Below are positions 1 to 17,603 of a stretch of DNA of 64,000 bases, piece by piece (position 1 is the first letter of the stretch; every line of letters begins with the position of its first letter). Source of the DNA: the human T2T-CHM13v2.0 reference genome, Homo sapiens; assembly GCF_009914755.1 (NCBI RefSeq), contig NC_060927.1, one strand, 5' to 3'. The notes below the pieces were generated by a model. The model made no database searches, was not told the DNA's origin, and saw only the letters and a list, made by a program, of their open reading frames with translations. Both the position numbers and the translations under genes were made by a program.

Positions 1-39
1 TGCCTGGCCAGATGGACTTTTTTTGAACATTTAGTTCCA

Positions 40-215
40 AGCACCTTCCCTGCATTTTCTCAGTTAATCCTCCCAGTGACTCTGAAGCAGGGACTATGAC
101 AATCTTCATTTCACAGATGGGGCAACTCAGGCACAGAGAGGAAGTCAATGGCCACGGTCGCCCAGCTGAGGAAGGATGGAGCCGGCTGAGATCCTGTTCT
201 GGGGATCTAACTCTG
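40..215 (+). mobile_element. MIR SINE fragment
   Basis: MIR core-like catttcacagatggggcaactcaggcacagagaggaagt. Confidence 0.65.
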
Positions 216-714
216 CAGCCTGCATTCTGGGCTGCTGTATTCTCCCATGTTGCTATCTGACGAGCACAGCATGGGCTCAGAGTACAGAGAGGAGACACCA
301 GCTAATAAGGATAGGTCTGGGGTGAAGGCTGGTGCCTTGGGGAAGAAGAGAGATGCCCCATTCTAAAGGGATGCCGTTGGAAGCTCATAGTGATAAAGCA
401 AAGCCAACAGGTTTTGGGGCTGGGAGTTAAGCACACAGCTCTGGTTTCTGCCTTTTCACAGTGGTGATGAATGGGCACTGAGACCCTCTCAAGCTAAAGT
501 TGTCATCACTGCTCTTCATAGTCTGAAGGTGCATGAAATGGTCAACTTTCTTCCAAAGGGCTTTTATGCCTAAGTCTGAGGTTAGTGTATAAACAGATAT
601 TTACTGAAGTCCTGCTGGGTGCAGACACCGTGGCCAGCCCTGAGGCTACCGTCGAGATGAAGCCAGTCTCTGTCCTCATGAAGACCTGTCTATTGATAAG
701 AAAAGAGAAAGCTC

Positions 715-880
715 ACTGAGCATTGACCCTGTGCCCACTGCTTTTGGTGCATCTCTCATTTAATCCTTCTATCAAATCTGTGAAATAAACACATCACCAT
801 CATCCCTATTTCACATTTAGGGAAACATATGCTTAGAGAGGGTAAGTAACTTGGTCAAGGTCACACAGCTTCGAACTCTC
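715..880 (+). mobile_element. MIR SINE fragment
   Basis: MIR core-like gcttagagagggtaagtaacttggtcaaggtcacacagct. Confidence 0.65.
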
Positions 881-939
881 CTCCCACAGGCGCAGGAATG
901 AGATGCAGCAGCTGGGGAAGCCAGGGTCTCTGGCAGTCC

Positions 940-1083
940 TTGTCTCTGGGCAGTGATCCAGAGAGAGAACACGATTGTCTCAGCACTGGATCTTCTTCTG
1001 AGTCGTTTTGAAGGAGCAATTGCAGAGCGTCTCGGTGTTAAACATCATGTTGTGAATGACTCCGTGATCTCTGACCCAGTGTC
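940..1083 (-). pseudogene. ENPP7P: ENPP7-like pseudogene, exon 2
   Basis: Minus strand reads (G)HWVRDHGVIHNMMFNTETLCNCSFKTTQKKIQC*DNRVLS-frameshift-WITAQRQ, matching ENPP7 NHGVVHNM...WWDNG..PIWITAQRQ. Pyrimidine tract plus AG acceptor at 1085-1084 is phase-compatible with exon 1. Has an in-frame TGA, a frameshift in a CT repeat, and no canonical GT donor. Confidence 0.85.
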
Positions 1084-1180
1084 CTTGGGGATAAAGGAGG
1101 GGAGGTATGGAGAAGCTCTTCGAATGGATGTTACGGGGGTGTCAGTGTTCTTTGAGGGCACAGGCTATGTGTCACCAAAT

Positions 1181-2188
1181 TGAAGGGTTGGCCTGCCCCT
1201 CCACACTTGTGGGTATTTCTAGTCGGGTGGGATGAGAGACGGAGAAAAGAAGACACAGAGACAATGTATAGAGAAACAACAGTGGGTCCAGGGGACCGGC
1301 ACTCAGCACAGCAAGGACCTGCACCGGCACCGGCCTCTGAGTTCCCTCAGTTTTTGTTGATCATGATTTTCATTATTTCAGCAGAAAGGAATGTAGTAGG
1401 AGAGCAGTGTGATAATAAGGAGAAGGTCAACAAAAAACATGTGAGCAAAGGAATCTGTATCATAATTAAGTTCAAGGGAAGGTACTATGACTGGACGTGC
1501 ACGTAGGCCAGATTTATGTTTCTCTCCACCCAAACATCTCAGCGGAGTAAAGAATAACAAGGCAGCATTACTGCAAACATGTCTCCCCTCCTGCCACAGG
1601 GCAGCTTTTCTCCTATCTCAGAGTTGAACAAATGTACAATCGGGTTTTACACTGAGACATTCAGTTCCCAGGGGCAAGCAGGAGACAGTGGCCTTCCTCC
1701 ATCTCAACTGCAAGAGGCTTTCCTCTTTTACTAATCCACCTCAGCACAGACCCTTTACGGGTGTCAGGCTGGGGAACAGTCAGGTCTTTCTCATTCCACG
1801 AGGCCATATTTCAGACTATCACATGGGGAGAAACCTTGGACAATACCCTGCTTTCAAAGGCAGAGGTCCCTTCGGCTTTCCACGGTGCATTGTGCCCTCG
1901 GTTTATTGAGACTAGAGAATGGCAATGACTTTTACCGAGTATACTGCTTGTAAACGTTTTGTTCACAAGTCACATCCTGCACAGCCCTAGATCCCCTAAA
2001 CCTAGATTTTATACAACACATGTTTTTGTGAGCTCCAAGTTGGGTCAAAGTGGCTGGGGCAAAGCTACAAATGAACAACATCTCAGCAAAGCAATTGTTT
2101 AAAGTACAGGTCTTTTTCAAAATGGAGACTCTTATGTCTTTCTTTTCTACATAGACACAGTGACAGTTTGATCTCTCTTTTCCCTACA
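1181..2188 (-). mobile_element. HERV-K(HML-2) solo LTR, LTR5A/LTR5B type
   Basis: About 1008 bp. Minus strand starts TGTAGGGAAAAGAGAGATCA and ends GGGGCAGGCCAACCCTTCA. TSD CAAAT at 1176-1180 and 2189-2193. Confidence 0.92.
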
Positions 2189-2403
2189 CAAATAAAGAGC
2201 TCAGTGTCTTTTCTCATTGCTCAAGAGATTGAAGGGGTAGGAAGAAAAGATGTTAAGTTGTAAACATGTTTCAGTTTTGGTACCACTTGAACCAATTTAT
2301 GTTTTGAAAAGAAAAGAGTCTTGCCTACAAAGTCAGCCCCTGGGTTTTCTTTCTGCTTATGGAATCCAGGCAATGGGCAAAGAGAAAAAGAAAACAAAGG
2401 AAT

Positions 2404-2700
2404 CAGCCAGATGCAGTGGCTCATGCTTGTAATCTTGGCACTTTGGGAGGCTGAGGCAGGTGGACGTCTTGAATCCAGGAGTTCAAGAAGAGCCTGGCCC
2501 ACATAGTGAGACCCCATTTCTACAAAAAATATAAAAACTTACGGAGCATGGTGGCATGCACCTGTAGTCCCGGTTACTTGGGAGGCTGAGGTGGGAGAAC
2601 TACTTCAGCCCAGGAGGTTGAGGCTGCAGTGAGCCATGATTGTGCCACTATACTCCAGCCTGGCTGACAGAGTGAAGACCTGTCTCAAAAGAAAACAAAG
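2404..2700 (+). mobile_element. Alu (AluJ-like)
   Basis: Dimeric Alu with A-rich tail. Confidence 0.9.
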
Positions 2701-2805
2701 ATAAGAAAAAGAAAACTAGGGAATCTGGACAGAATAAGTTTATGTATATAATAAAGAACTGAGATAGAACTGGGTTGACTGAATATTTGAATTGCTTTTG
2801 AGTGA

Positions 2806-3208
<403 letters not shown>

Positions 3209-3736
3209 TAGAGTCTACCATTCTTTGAATTCACTGCAGTGCAAAGACTGGGACATGTGGAACTCCAGGTGTATATGGGTTATGTAGAGATGCTAGGGGC
3301 TGATTAAGGAAGGAAAGATATGAGAAGCCTGCAGAGCATGCTTTCCCAGACTGTATGGGCCCTGGGAAAGGAGAAGTGGACAGAAAGGGAACACTAGATG
3401 CCCTGAAGAGAAGATTCATCCAAGTCATCAGGGAAGTTACTAATGCAAGGGAAAAAAAATGCAGAGACGGGGCCAGACATGCTTATTCCTAGTCCTTTCT
3501 GCCTGCTCAGTCACCTCTATGCTTATTTTTCTTCTTTCCTCTAAGTGGTGTCATGCGTTTTCTTCCCATTCCTAGTCACTCCTAGTCAACTAACTCCTCT
3601 CTTTACCATCTTTTTATCAGAACTTGAAACCTCCTCTCCTTCATGTATTAGTGATCATGTTTCTCCATAATACTGCTAGAAATAAGAATCGAAACCTGGA
3701 AAACCTGCATTTGAGAACCAGATCTGCCTCTGCTAG

Positions 3737-3892
<156 letters not shown>

Positions 3893-4048
3893 TGAGACTA
3901 CAGGTGTGTGCCACCACAGCTCGTTAATTTTTAATGTTTTTTTTTTTTTTTGTTTACTTGTTTTTTGTAGAGATGGGGTCTTGCTATGTTGTGCAGGCTG
4001 GTCTCAAACTCATGGGCTCAAGTGATCCTCCTGTCTTGGCCTCTCAGA

Positions 4049-5068
4049 TGAGATGGGAAAAGTTCCATTGTCCCCCTCGAAGGGCATGCAATGCGGGTGT
4101 GGTTTGCTTCTTCAGTGCCCCACTGCTCAAACCTCTAGGGGAGCATGCAGACAGGCAGGGAGCCCATGGCCGTGTCCAGGGGTGAATGTTTATAGTTGAA
4201 GCTCCAGTGGGCGTGTGTTACAGGGTGCTCTTTTAGTTTAGCCGTCTGTAGGTAGCTTGTGTTAGTCGGCTCAATTAGACCCCCGCCTTATTGCAAGGAC
4301 AGAGGGCTCTCTCTGTCCCGGGGTTCTTGTCTTGGTGTACCGGAAGTGGTGCGATCTCAGCTCACTGCAAGCTCCGACTCCTGGGTTCACCCCATTCTCC
4401 TGCCTCAGCCTCCCGAGTAACTGGGGCTACAGGTGCCCGCCACCATGCCCGGCTAATTTTTTTGTATTTTTAGTAGAGATGGGGTTTCACTCTGTTAGCC
4501 AGGATGGTCTGGATCTCCTGACCTCGTGATCTGCCCGCCTCGGCCTCCCAAAGTGCTGGGATTACAGGCTTGAGAGTGCAAGGTTTTATTGAGTGGAAGT
4601 ATCTGTCAGCAGATGGGGGAGCCAGAAGGGAGATGGTTTACCGCTGGAGTCGGGTGTGTGGCCTGACTCTCCTCCGACTGTCCCAGCCAAACTCTGGGTT
4701 GTTCTGCCAGTCAGTGGCCTGCGGTGTGCTGGTGCCCATTGGTGCGTTCCTCTTGACGTCCAACACCCTTGTGTTCCTCCGCTGATGTGCTCCTCTCGAA
4801 GTCCAGCTGCCTGTGTGTCTGCCTGCTAGGGTCTCAGGGTTTTTATAGGCACAGAATGGGGGTGTGGCAGCCAGGGTGGTCTTGGGAAATGCAACATTTG
4901 GGCAGGAAAACAAAAATGCCTGTCCTCACCTAGGTCCGTGGGCACAGGCCCTGGAGTGGAGCCCTAGCCAGGGACCACACCCTCCTCTACCCAGTACTTC
5001 CCTTCCTCACTTCCATATCATTTAAAGGGACCACATTCTTCCCTTCTGAGCCCTTCCCTTCTGTATCA
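4049..5068 (-). mobile_element. MER52-family ERV1 solo LTR
   Basis: Minus strand starts TGATACAGAAGGGAAGGG...GGTCCCTTTAAATGATATGGAAG; TG...CA termini; near-TSD caga/caaa. Confidence 0.8.
4345..4574 (-). mobile_element. AluY-like body lacking tail and extreme 5' end, inside MER52
   Basis: AluY-type gcaagctcc and ttagccaggatggtct..gatctcctgacctcgtgatc; no poly-T and no TSD. Confidence 0.8.
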
Positions 5069-5287
5069 CAAAGTGCTGGGATTATAGGCATGAGCCACTG
5101 GTCCCAGCCAATTCCGTTCTTTTAATGCAAACTAGAAAATAGATGTTCAGAAAGGCCTGCCCTATCCACCTCAGGGAGTTGCTATGAAGATCAAATTAGA
5201 TCATGTGCAACAGAAGTTTAGAAAAGATTCCAAAAGCACTGTGCAATGGGAATGTATTTTTAAACTCCACTGAGTGGACTTAAAACT

Positions 5288-5613
<326 letters not shown>

Positions 5614-5781
5614 CTGTGTTTCTTTTTTAAGCAAGAAAACAAATGCCTCTCCCCAGCGCTCACTAAACAAATCCCTCTTTTTTTTTTTTTTCCATAGGAT
5701 TCTTATCCTTCTTGCCCCACTGCAAACAATCTATTTTCTTTTGGCCTTTCCGTCCATCTGTGAAAGGGTCAGGCTTTCTAG

Positions 5782-6890
<1,109 letters not shown>

Positions 6891-7304
6891 AAAAGGCAGA
6901 ACATCCTCATTTTCTTCCCTACCTCAGAAATAAAGAAGTTAACTTCGACCCCTCTGAGAGAGAGAGGCTTCCTGAGCTTCCAACAATCAATTATCCAAAT
7001 ATTAGTCACAGAAGAGCACTAAGGGTTGTGCGCAGCACGTGGCCAGCCCATTCTCAGAGTCTGTCAATTTTAAGGTGAACGCTAATCCTGAATGAGTTTT
7101 AAAATGTATTTGGCATATCCTGGTCATTGCAAAAGGTTCTCACGTTGTGATGGCTGGGGCTTCCCTCTCAGGTGTAATCTGCGAAGTCAGACGTGACACA
7201 GCCTGGGTGAGGTAGGCCAAGCTGGGAACTGGGTTAAGAGGGAAGCTAGGGAACGATCTCCAAGGTCTCAGATCCCAAACTGGCTTTAGCCTGATTCACC
7301 CAGA

Positions 7305-7920
<616 letters not shown>

Positions 7921-8662
7921 ACATTTAAGGCACACTTGAATGGGGGAGCAGTGAGGTGGCGCGGGCTAGCCGGCCAGAACCCAGGGGTGGGGCAGTAGGA
8001 ACCAGCATTGCAGAGGCCATTAAGGCTGGGAAGCATAGTGTCTGGGGCCCATAAAAATGCTTCGGCATGAATGCTTTAGACCTAAGACAATTGGCTCCTA
8101 AATGTGCAAACTGCAAGGCTGAAATGAATGCTTGTTTAATGCTTTACAACACTGTCAAGTGATCAGCTGCAACTCCGTTCTGAGGGCCTGATGCCTGAGA
8201 TATGCCTGTAATGGGGGTTGATTTTAATGAATTTAATATGGTGTGGAGTGGGGCCTTCAAAAGTAAAGATGTCAGTTCTAAGTTGGTTGCAGGGGTCTGG
8301 GCAAAGGTCTTAAAACCCCATGGTGAGCACATGGCCAATCCTGAACACCCCAATTTTAAAAAAGGGCCTTTTTTCCAAGAGACTTTTTGAAAATAGCTCC
8401 TATTTTGAGGGGAGGAACCCTGGCAGGAGAGAGCCAGAGTTAAGCCCAGCTGAGAGGGCGTTGGCAGGCAGGGGCCTGCCTGGTCCTCACTGAAGCTTGG
8501 TACTCAGGGTGAGCTTCCTAAACCAATGCAGATTTGCCAGCCCACTGAGCCTCGCAGATGAGAACCTGCATTTCAACAAGGTCCTCGGTGCAGCAAAGTT
8601 TGAGATATACTGGGCTAGAACACCCAGGGGACACAAAGGTTCTCTGAAAACTAAGGAAAATA

Positions 8663-9290
<628 letters not shown>

Positions 9291-9454
9291 ATACTGGGCT
9301 AGAAGACCCAGGAGACCCGAAGATTCTCTCAAAACTAGGGAACATAATCTAGGTCACAAATATATTCTCTTCCTCCTTCTCCCCATTGCCCCCCTCCACC
9401 AGTAATCTTTATAGACTCAAATCGAGTTGATGTTCTATAATCAATTCTAGTCAC

Positions 9455-9623
<169 letters not shown>

Positions 9624-9954
9624 TAAGCTAATGCCTGTGAGACCATAAATCCTTTTTATGCACTCAGTACATTTTCGTGTTTACCTTACATTTGTATTAT
9701 GGAAAAATTCTGTTTTTTCCACTTGTTTCTATTTGATAATGAAGCCCTCTGTGCCTATCACCAGCCTCAGCCGCCATCATCTCATTACCAAGCTGGGTTA
9801 TTTTGAAGCAAATATCTTCTAATATTTAGCCGGTGTTCAAATTTCCCTAACCATCCTAAATGAATGTTTAGAATAGTCGTTTCATTGGAAACAAGGTCAA
9901 AACAAATACATTTTACATTTTTAGGCCAGTCTTGAAAGTAAGTGTAAAACCATG

Positions 9955-10035
9955 TGTGAGGTAGGAGGTGGGACTAGCCTCTCAAGGTGGGGCCTGGATA
10001 CCAGAACCAATTGAGGACTAGCTAAGACAGATTCC
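9955..10035. mobile_element. ERV1 LTR fragment (MER41/MER4-like)
   Basis: tgaggtaggaggtgggactagcc...accaattgaggactagctaa resembles a recalled LTR terminus. Confidence 0.4.
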
Positions 10036-10141
10036 ACAATGAATAACACCAGGAGGTGGGAATATTAAAGTCCATTGTGAAGGATGGCTACCACAATTTT
10101 TTGATCAACTAGTTATCAACCCTGACTGCAGCTGAGAGAGA

Positions 10142-10285
10142 TTTGTTTTTGCTTTTTTTTTTTTTTTTCAGAGACAGGGTCTTGCTCTGTTGCCCAGGCT
10201 GGACTCAAACTCCCGGGCTCAAGTGACTCTTCTGCCTCAGTCTCCCAAGTAGCTGAGACTACAGCTGTGTGCCACTGTGCCCAGC
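10142..10285 (-). mobile_element. Alu monomer (FLAM-like)
   Basis: Single antisense arm with T tail. Confidence 0.8.
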
Positions 10286-11123
10286 AAGATATTAAAAAAT
10301 ACTTATGCGCGGACACCACTCTAAACCAACTAAATCAGAATCAGATATAGTGAAGTCATTAATCATTTTGCTCCTGGGTCTTTATGACAGTTTTGCTCCT
10401 GGGAAACTCCTGGGAATGCGGTAGAGAGAGAGAAAGAGATGGGAAAATAAGATTTTAAGAATGGTTGTTATGCATTTTGAAAATAATTTTTCTTTGGTGT
10501 TTGTCTTGAGGGATGGCGGTAAACATTTCAGTTGCCTTTAAGTATGCTTGCATGCTGGAATGATGGTTCTTTGAATGTAGCATCGAACTGGCATTGGGCC
10601 ACATGGCAGCCAGCGTGAGGCTTTATGCCACATTTATAAACATGAATGTCATGAGCCCACTCTCAGGGACCTTACAATTTGGAAGGTTGGGTCAGATCCA
10701 CAAATCTCTTCTATCTCATGGTAAAGGAAACCTGGCATGTAGCAGGAGATGGCGTGATAACCATAACATATTGCATGATCAATATTTGTATTCTTCTTAG
10801 CAATATTAAACTTTTTGACCCCCTCCATTGTGTCATCAATTTGCTTAACACAGTTTCTTCCTCAGCGTCGGTTTTTAGGCCTGGCATAAGCTGTTTGAAA
10901 CCCAGGAACGTACCCCACCCATCATCTTTGGCCTAGTTAACACCTCCCCTCCCTGAGTGGTGGTTTGGAGAACCTGCTTGTTCCTCATCCCACTGATCCC
11001 AAAGCCAAGACACCCCACAGCTGCTGACCAGGATTAAACCTAACGGAGATTTAATGCCATTAAATCAGAAGAAATTCTGATTCTCAGGGACTGACATTCA
11101 TTCACTTAAATACTTGCAGAGTC

Positions 11124-11437
<314 letters not shown>

Positions 11438-11917
11438 TTAGGAAACCATGAAGTCCACAGTTTGATCCAATGCCTTCCTTTTTCTCTTTCTCAAATATTT
11501 TGAGCCAGGTACTATCCTAGATTGTCTTGTGGTATTTACAATCTAGGAGAAGGCAGGAGAGAGAACTAAGAACAGAGAGCATGTTCTGAGATGTCTACTG
11601 TGTTTGCAGGTACCTTCTCTCAATTTCCCTACTCACTGGCCATGCTGGAAAGCAGGTCTTGGCGCTATATTTGTACCATGGTACTTCCCCTCCCTATACT
11701 CAATTGGTTGGCCAGAAGCCCAATTGTCATTCTCTCTCTCTCTCTACCTCTCCCTCTCTCCCTCCCTCCCTCTCCAAGATATCCAGTAACTGACTGATCA
11801 GCTGGCGGTGGGCTCTGCTGGCTGCCATGATGGGCCACCAGCAAAAAGGGAAAATTGGTTGTGAGTGAGAAGAAGAGATAAGAAAGTCCACAGGGCTGAT
11901 AAGAAAGACCATGGGCT

Positions 11918-12197
11918 TCCAGGTGCGGTGGTTCACGCCTGTAATCCCAGCACTTTGGGAGGCCAGGATGGTCGGATCACGAGGTCAGGAGATTGAGACC
12001 ATCCTGGCACACACGGTGAAACCCCATCTCTACTAAAAATACAAAAATTAGCTGGGTGTGGTGGCGGGTGCCTGTAGCCCCAGCTAATTGGGAGGCTGAG
12101 GCAGGAGAATGGCATGAACCCCAGGAGGTGCAGCTTGCAGTGAACTGAGATCGCACCACTGCACTCCAGCCTGGGCAACAGAGCGAGCCTGCGTCTC

Positions 12198-12228
<31 letters not shown>

Positions 12229-12244
12229 AAAAAGAAAAAAAAAA
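11918..12244 (+). mobile_element. AluY-like
   Basis: Long A tail; TSD agaccatgggcttc. Confidence 0.9.
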
Positions 12245-12789
12245 GAGACCATGGGCTTCTGAGAGCAAGAAAGTGGAATTTTGGTTTCTGTAACTGCAGT
12301 TTCCATTCTCTCATGGCCTCTCATTTGTTTCTTGTGCCCATGAGTTTGCCTGTTAGAGATAATGTGTGTTCCTTGTCCTCAAGCTCATGCAAATGGGTTT
12401 CTGTTTCTTACAATCATTGTTGCCAGATATGGATGGTGACTGATGCTCTACTAAATGCTGAAAAAAAGCAGAGTGGAAGCACAGAAAAGCGGGCTTCTCT
12501 GAGGAGGTGACGTTAGAGCCCAGTTGGAAGGCAGGAGTAAATGTGCACCATGATTTTTTAGGATTAAAACCAAGTATCTCACTGCTTGGGCACATGTAGA
12601 TAGAGGTGATTTAACAGTAAAGTGTCCCAGTTGTACCCATTGTCAGTTACCTCACCACAGGGATTATGTAGCCCTGAGTTTGCTTAGTGCTTATTTATTT
12701 TAGGTTGTTGTTTATCCAAACCTCTTAAATGATACATGTTTGGAACAAGTAACAGCATCGTTCATTGATGTTGTGGACAAACCACTATT

Positions 12790-12928
12790 TTATTACTCAA
12801 GACTGGGTAATTTATAAAGAAAAAGAGGTTTAATGGGCTCACAGTTCCATGTGGCTGAAGAAGTCTCGAAATCATGGTGGAAGGCAAAAGGAATGTCTTA
12901 CATGGTGGCAGACAAGAGTGATGAGAGC
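12790..12928. mobile_element. THE1/MST MaLR LTR fragment
   Basis: gactgggtaatttataaagaaaaagaggtttaatgg..ctcacagttcca. Confidence 0.75.
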
Positions 12929-13340
12929 TATTTTGGTCATTGTTCGCTGGCCATAGAATTTACTTCTATATTTTGAACTAAGATGAGAGCCAGGCACGCA
13001 AGATGGGTACAGGTCTGTCTTTTGTTTTTGATGATGAAGATGATGATGAAATGGCTGACATGGTTGATGACTTGCTTTTTCTCATCATCTCAGACCTAGA
13101 TTTTTGGCTGGACTATTGGCTTGGGATAGGTGAAAATCATTCCTTGTATCGCCTTATCTTAAAGTCAAGACTGAACCAGCCTCCAGACTCAAGCCTTCAT
13201 GGGGCTTCAGATACCATGAGGAATGGGTGTCCCTGCAATATTGTCTTGGCTGTCAAAAGTGTTATTGGAGCTGGGCAAGTGGGTGCTCTCCTGTCATTCC
13301 ATCCTGCTTAGATTTCCCATTCAACACCAATCTTATTTCC

Positions 13341-13782
<442 letters not shown>

Positions 13783-14987
13783 TAGGCATCCAACGAATGT
13801 TTAATTTCATTCAACAGCTCCTCTTACCACTGCCCCCACCTTATTTGCAGGTGGCTAAGTACAATCGGAACAAGTAGGTATCATAAGATTTAGTCCAGAG
13901 TCAATTTGAGAAGAAATTACTTTAGTGGTATGAAAAGAAACCATGCTATTTAGTCAGAATACTTCTGAGAGTATCCCCTGTCCAAGCATTTGCTGAATTT
14001 CTATGTACTAATTTTCAGGTGGAACAGTATGGTTGTGGAGAGTCCATTTGGACAGAGATACACTTTCATGCATTCATGTCTTTAACAATAATTTGTGGCC
14101 CTACTGTGTTTGTTCACTAACTCCTTTGAACCTACCACATAAGCTATATCTGTATTTTCCTTGTAATTTGGGAGGTCCAATGCTTCATTAAGCTCATATG
14201 CCTGAAACTAATGAAGAAAATAGCTCGTTAACCAGCTAGTATAAAAGTAGCCACCAAATCAAGTCAATCACCTGCCTTAAATTAGCCCAGTACTCCCAGT
14301 TCTCCCAGCGGAGAAGCCCATTCTGAATCACAGTCAAGACATTGATGGAAAAACAGCTCCCTCTGGGGATCAAAACCACGCTTACTCCAAATCCTCCTCC
14401 CCAGAGTTCTACTCATTGCTCACCCACTGAACCCAGAACAAACCAGAAGTGCTTGAAATGAGGACGGGTAGCTCCGTGTACCAATCGGAATTTAAAACTC
14501 TATCAATTCCTGCTGTAGAAATGAGGCTTCTCCCCAGGACCAGCATTCCACGCAGGCAACTCTTTTCTAGATGGAGAAAACAGAACCTGAAGACACCCGT
14601 TTCCCTAAACTGCTCTTGCTCATGTGTAAGTGCAAATGAAAAATGCTGAGGCTGATTCTGTTGGCATTGCTTTTTAATTACAACCATCAATAAATCATTT
14701 TATCCCTGAACAAGACTTGAGAATGACCCGAAGGCAGAGGCACAACTCCTTAGGAATTAGGCCAACAGAGAATGGGCTATCTCTCTTCCCACCCCTTCTC
14801 TTACTCTGCTGTCAGAAACAGAAACCTTCTCTGTGAGTAGCTGGGAGCAGGAGGCCGCACTTGAATTCCATCTGGGGGTTCTGTTGACACAGTTTTACCC
14901 CAGCCTGCCTTGATGGCCACTGCCACACAAGCTGCATCTGTTCTTTCTTCTGCGCCTTTTGTTACTTCGTTGTTTTTCCTCTTTCTA

Positions 14988-15177
14988 GTGTAGTGAGCTG
15001 AATGGTGGCTTTGCACAAGATATATCCAGATCCTTGTGCCTAGAATCTGTGGAGGTGGCATTATTTGGAAAAAGGGTCTTTGCAGATGTAATTAAGTTAA
15101 GGATCTTGAGATTATCCTGAAGTATTTTAGGTAGGCTGTACATCTAAAGACAAATGTCCTTATAAGAGGACACTTTT
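14988..15177 (+). mobile_element. MLT1 LTR, 5' part; continues at about 30537-31115 beyond the HERV-H
   Basis: ttatttggaaaaagggtctttgcagatgtaattaagttaaggatcttgagatt. Confidence 0.75.
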
Positions 15178-15880
<703 letters not shown>

Positions 15881-16529
15881 TTCCTGTCTTCTTATATTAA
15901 TAAGAAAAATAAAATGAAATAGTGGTAAAGTATTGGGATGGTGAAAATTTTTTGGGGGTGGTATGGAGAGATAATGGGCGATGTTTCTCAGGGCTGCTTC
16001 GAGCAGGATTGGGGTGGCATGGGAACCTAGAGTGGGAGAGATTAAGCTGAAAGAATATTTTGTGGTAAGGGGTGATATTGTGGGGTTGTTAGAAGAAACA
16101 TTTGTCATTTAGAATTATTGGTGATGGCCTGGATACAGTTTTGTATGAATTGAAAAACTAAACGGAATAAGAGAAGGAGAAAAACAGGTATTAAAGGACT
16201 AAGAATTGGGAGGACCTAGGACATCTAATTAGAGTGCCTAAGGAGGTTCAGCATAACCTTGAGAGCAAAGATTATTTAAGAGTTAAGAGTGGTGGTTTGG
16301 GGATAGCACCAGGAGATATCAGCTGTGATGGCTTGGAGAAACAGTGTAAACCACCAGTGTAAACAAGAGCAGGGCATATATGAGTAGTTGAGAACGGTGA
16401 ATAGGAGTATGACTAGGCAGAAGATAGTAGGGATGACAAGCTTTTTGGGGCACAGTCCAAGTTGGTCTTGTGTCTGGAATGAGACTGGGGCCTAATAAAA
16501 AGGAGCGTCTATACAGGAGATCCAATGGG

Positions 16530-17597
16530 TATCGGGGGACCTGCCCCGATAATCATGTAGGTTCTTTTCTATTTTCCTAAGCGTCGACTGGCTTCAGAAA
16601 TAAAAGGACAGAGTACAAAAGAGAGAAATTTTAAAGCTGGGCGTCCGGGGGAGACAGCACACATTGGTAGGATCCGTGATTCCCCACAAGCCACAAAAAC
16701 CAGCAAGTTTTTATTAGGGAGTTTCAAAAGTGGAGGGAGTATACGAATAGGTGTGGGTGACAGACATCAAGTACTTAACAAGGTAATAGAATATCACAAG
16801 GCAAGTGGAGACAGGGTGAGATCACAGGACCACAGGACCGAGGTGAAATTAAAATTGCTAATGAAGTTTTGGCACCATTGTCATTGATAACATCTTATAA
16901 GGAGACAGGGTTTTGAGATTAACCGGTCTGACCAAAGTTTATTAGGTGGGAATTTCCTCTTCCTAATAAGCCTGGGAGCGCTATGGGAGACTGGAGTTTA
17001 TTTCACCTCTGCAATCTCAACCATAAGAGACAGGTACGCCCTGGGGGTGCCAGTTCAGAGACCTACCCCTAGGTGTGGATTCTCTTTCTCAGGGACGTTC
17101 CATGCTGAGAAAAGGAATTCAGCGATATTTCTCCCATTTGCTTTTGAAAGAAGAGAAATATGGCTCTGTTCTGCCCGGCTCACCAGCGGTCAGAGTTTAA
17201 GGTTATCTCTCTTATTCCCTGAACAATTGCTGTTATCCTGTTCTTTTTTCAGGATGCCCACATTTCATATTGCTCAAACACACATGCTGTACAATTTGTG
17301 TAGTTAACGCAATTATTACAGGGTCCTGAGACGATATACATCCTTCTCGGCTGACAGGATTAAGAGATTAAAGCAAAGACAGGCATAGGAAATCACAAGG
17401 ATATTGACTGGGGAAGTGATAAGCGTCCATGAAATCTTTACAATTTATATTTGGAGATTGCAGTAAAGACAGGCATAAGAAATTACAAAAGTATTAATTG
17501 GGAACTAATAAATGTCCATAAAATCTTCACAATCCACGTTCTTCTGCCATGGCTTCAGCCGGTCCCTCCGTTTTGGGGTCCCTGACTTCCCGCAACA
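16530..17597 (-). mobile_element. MER11 (HERV-K11/HML-8) solo LTR nested in HERV-H
   Basis: Starts TGTTGCGGGAAGTCAGGGACCCC; 1068 bp; 6-bp TSD AATGGG at 16524-16529 and 17598-17603. Confidence 0.92.
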
Positions 17598-17603
17598 AAT
17601 GGG

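Noticed and set aside
953-1183. Plus-strand 76-aa ORF
   Set aside because: Antisense shadow of ENPP7-like exon 2.
13003-13311. 102-aa ORF with an acidic stretch
   Set aside because: The acidic run comes from a (GAT)n low-complexity patch; no recognisable domain or exon structure.
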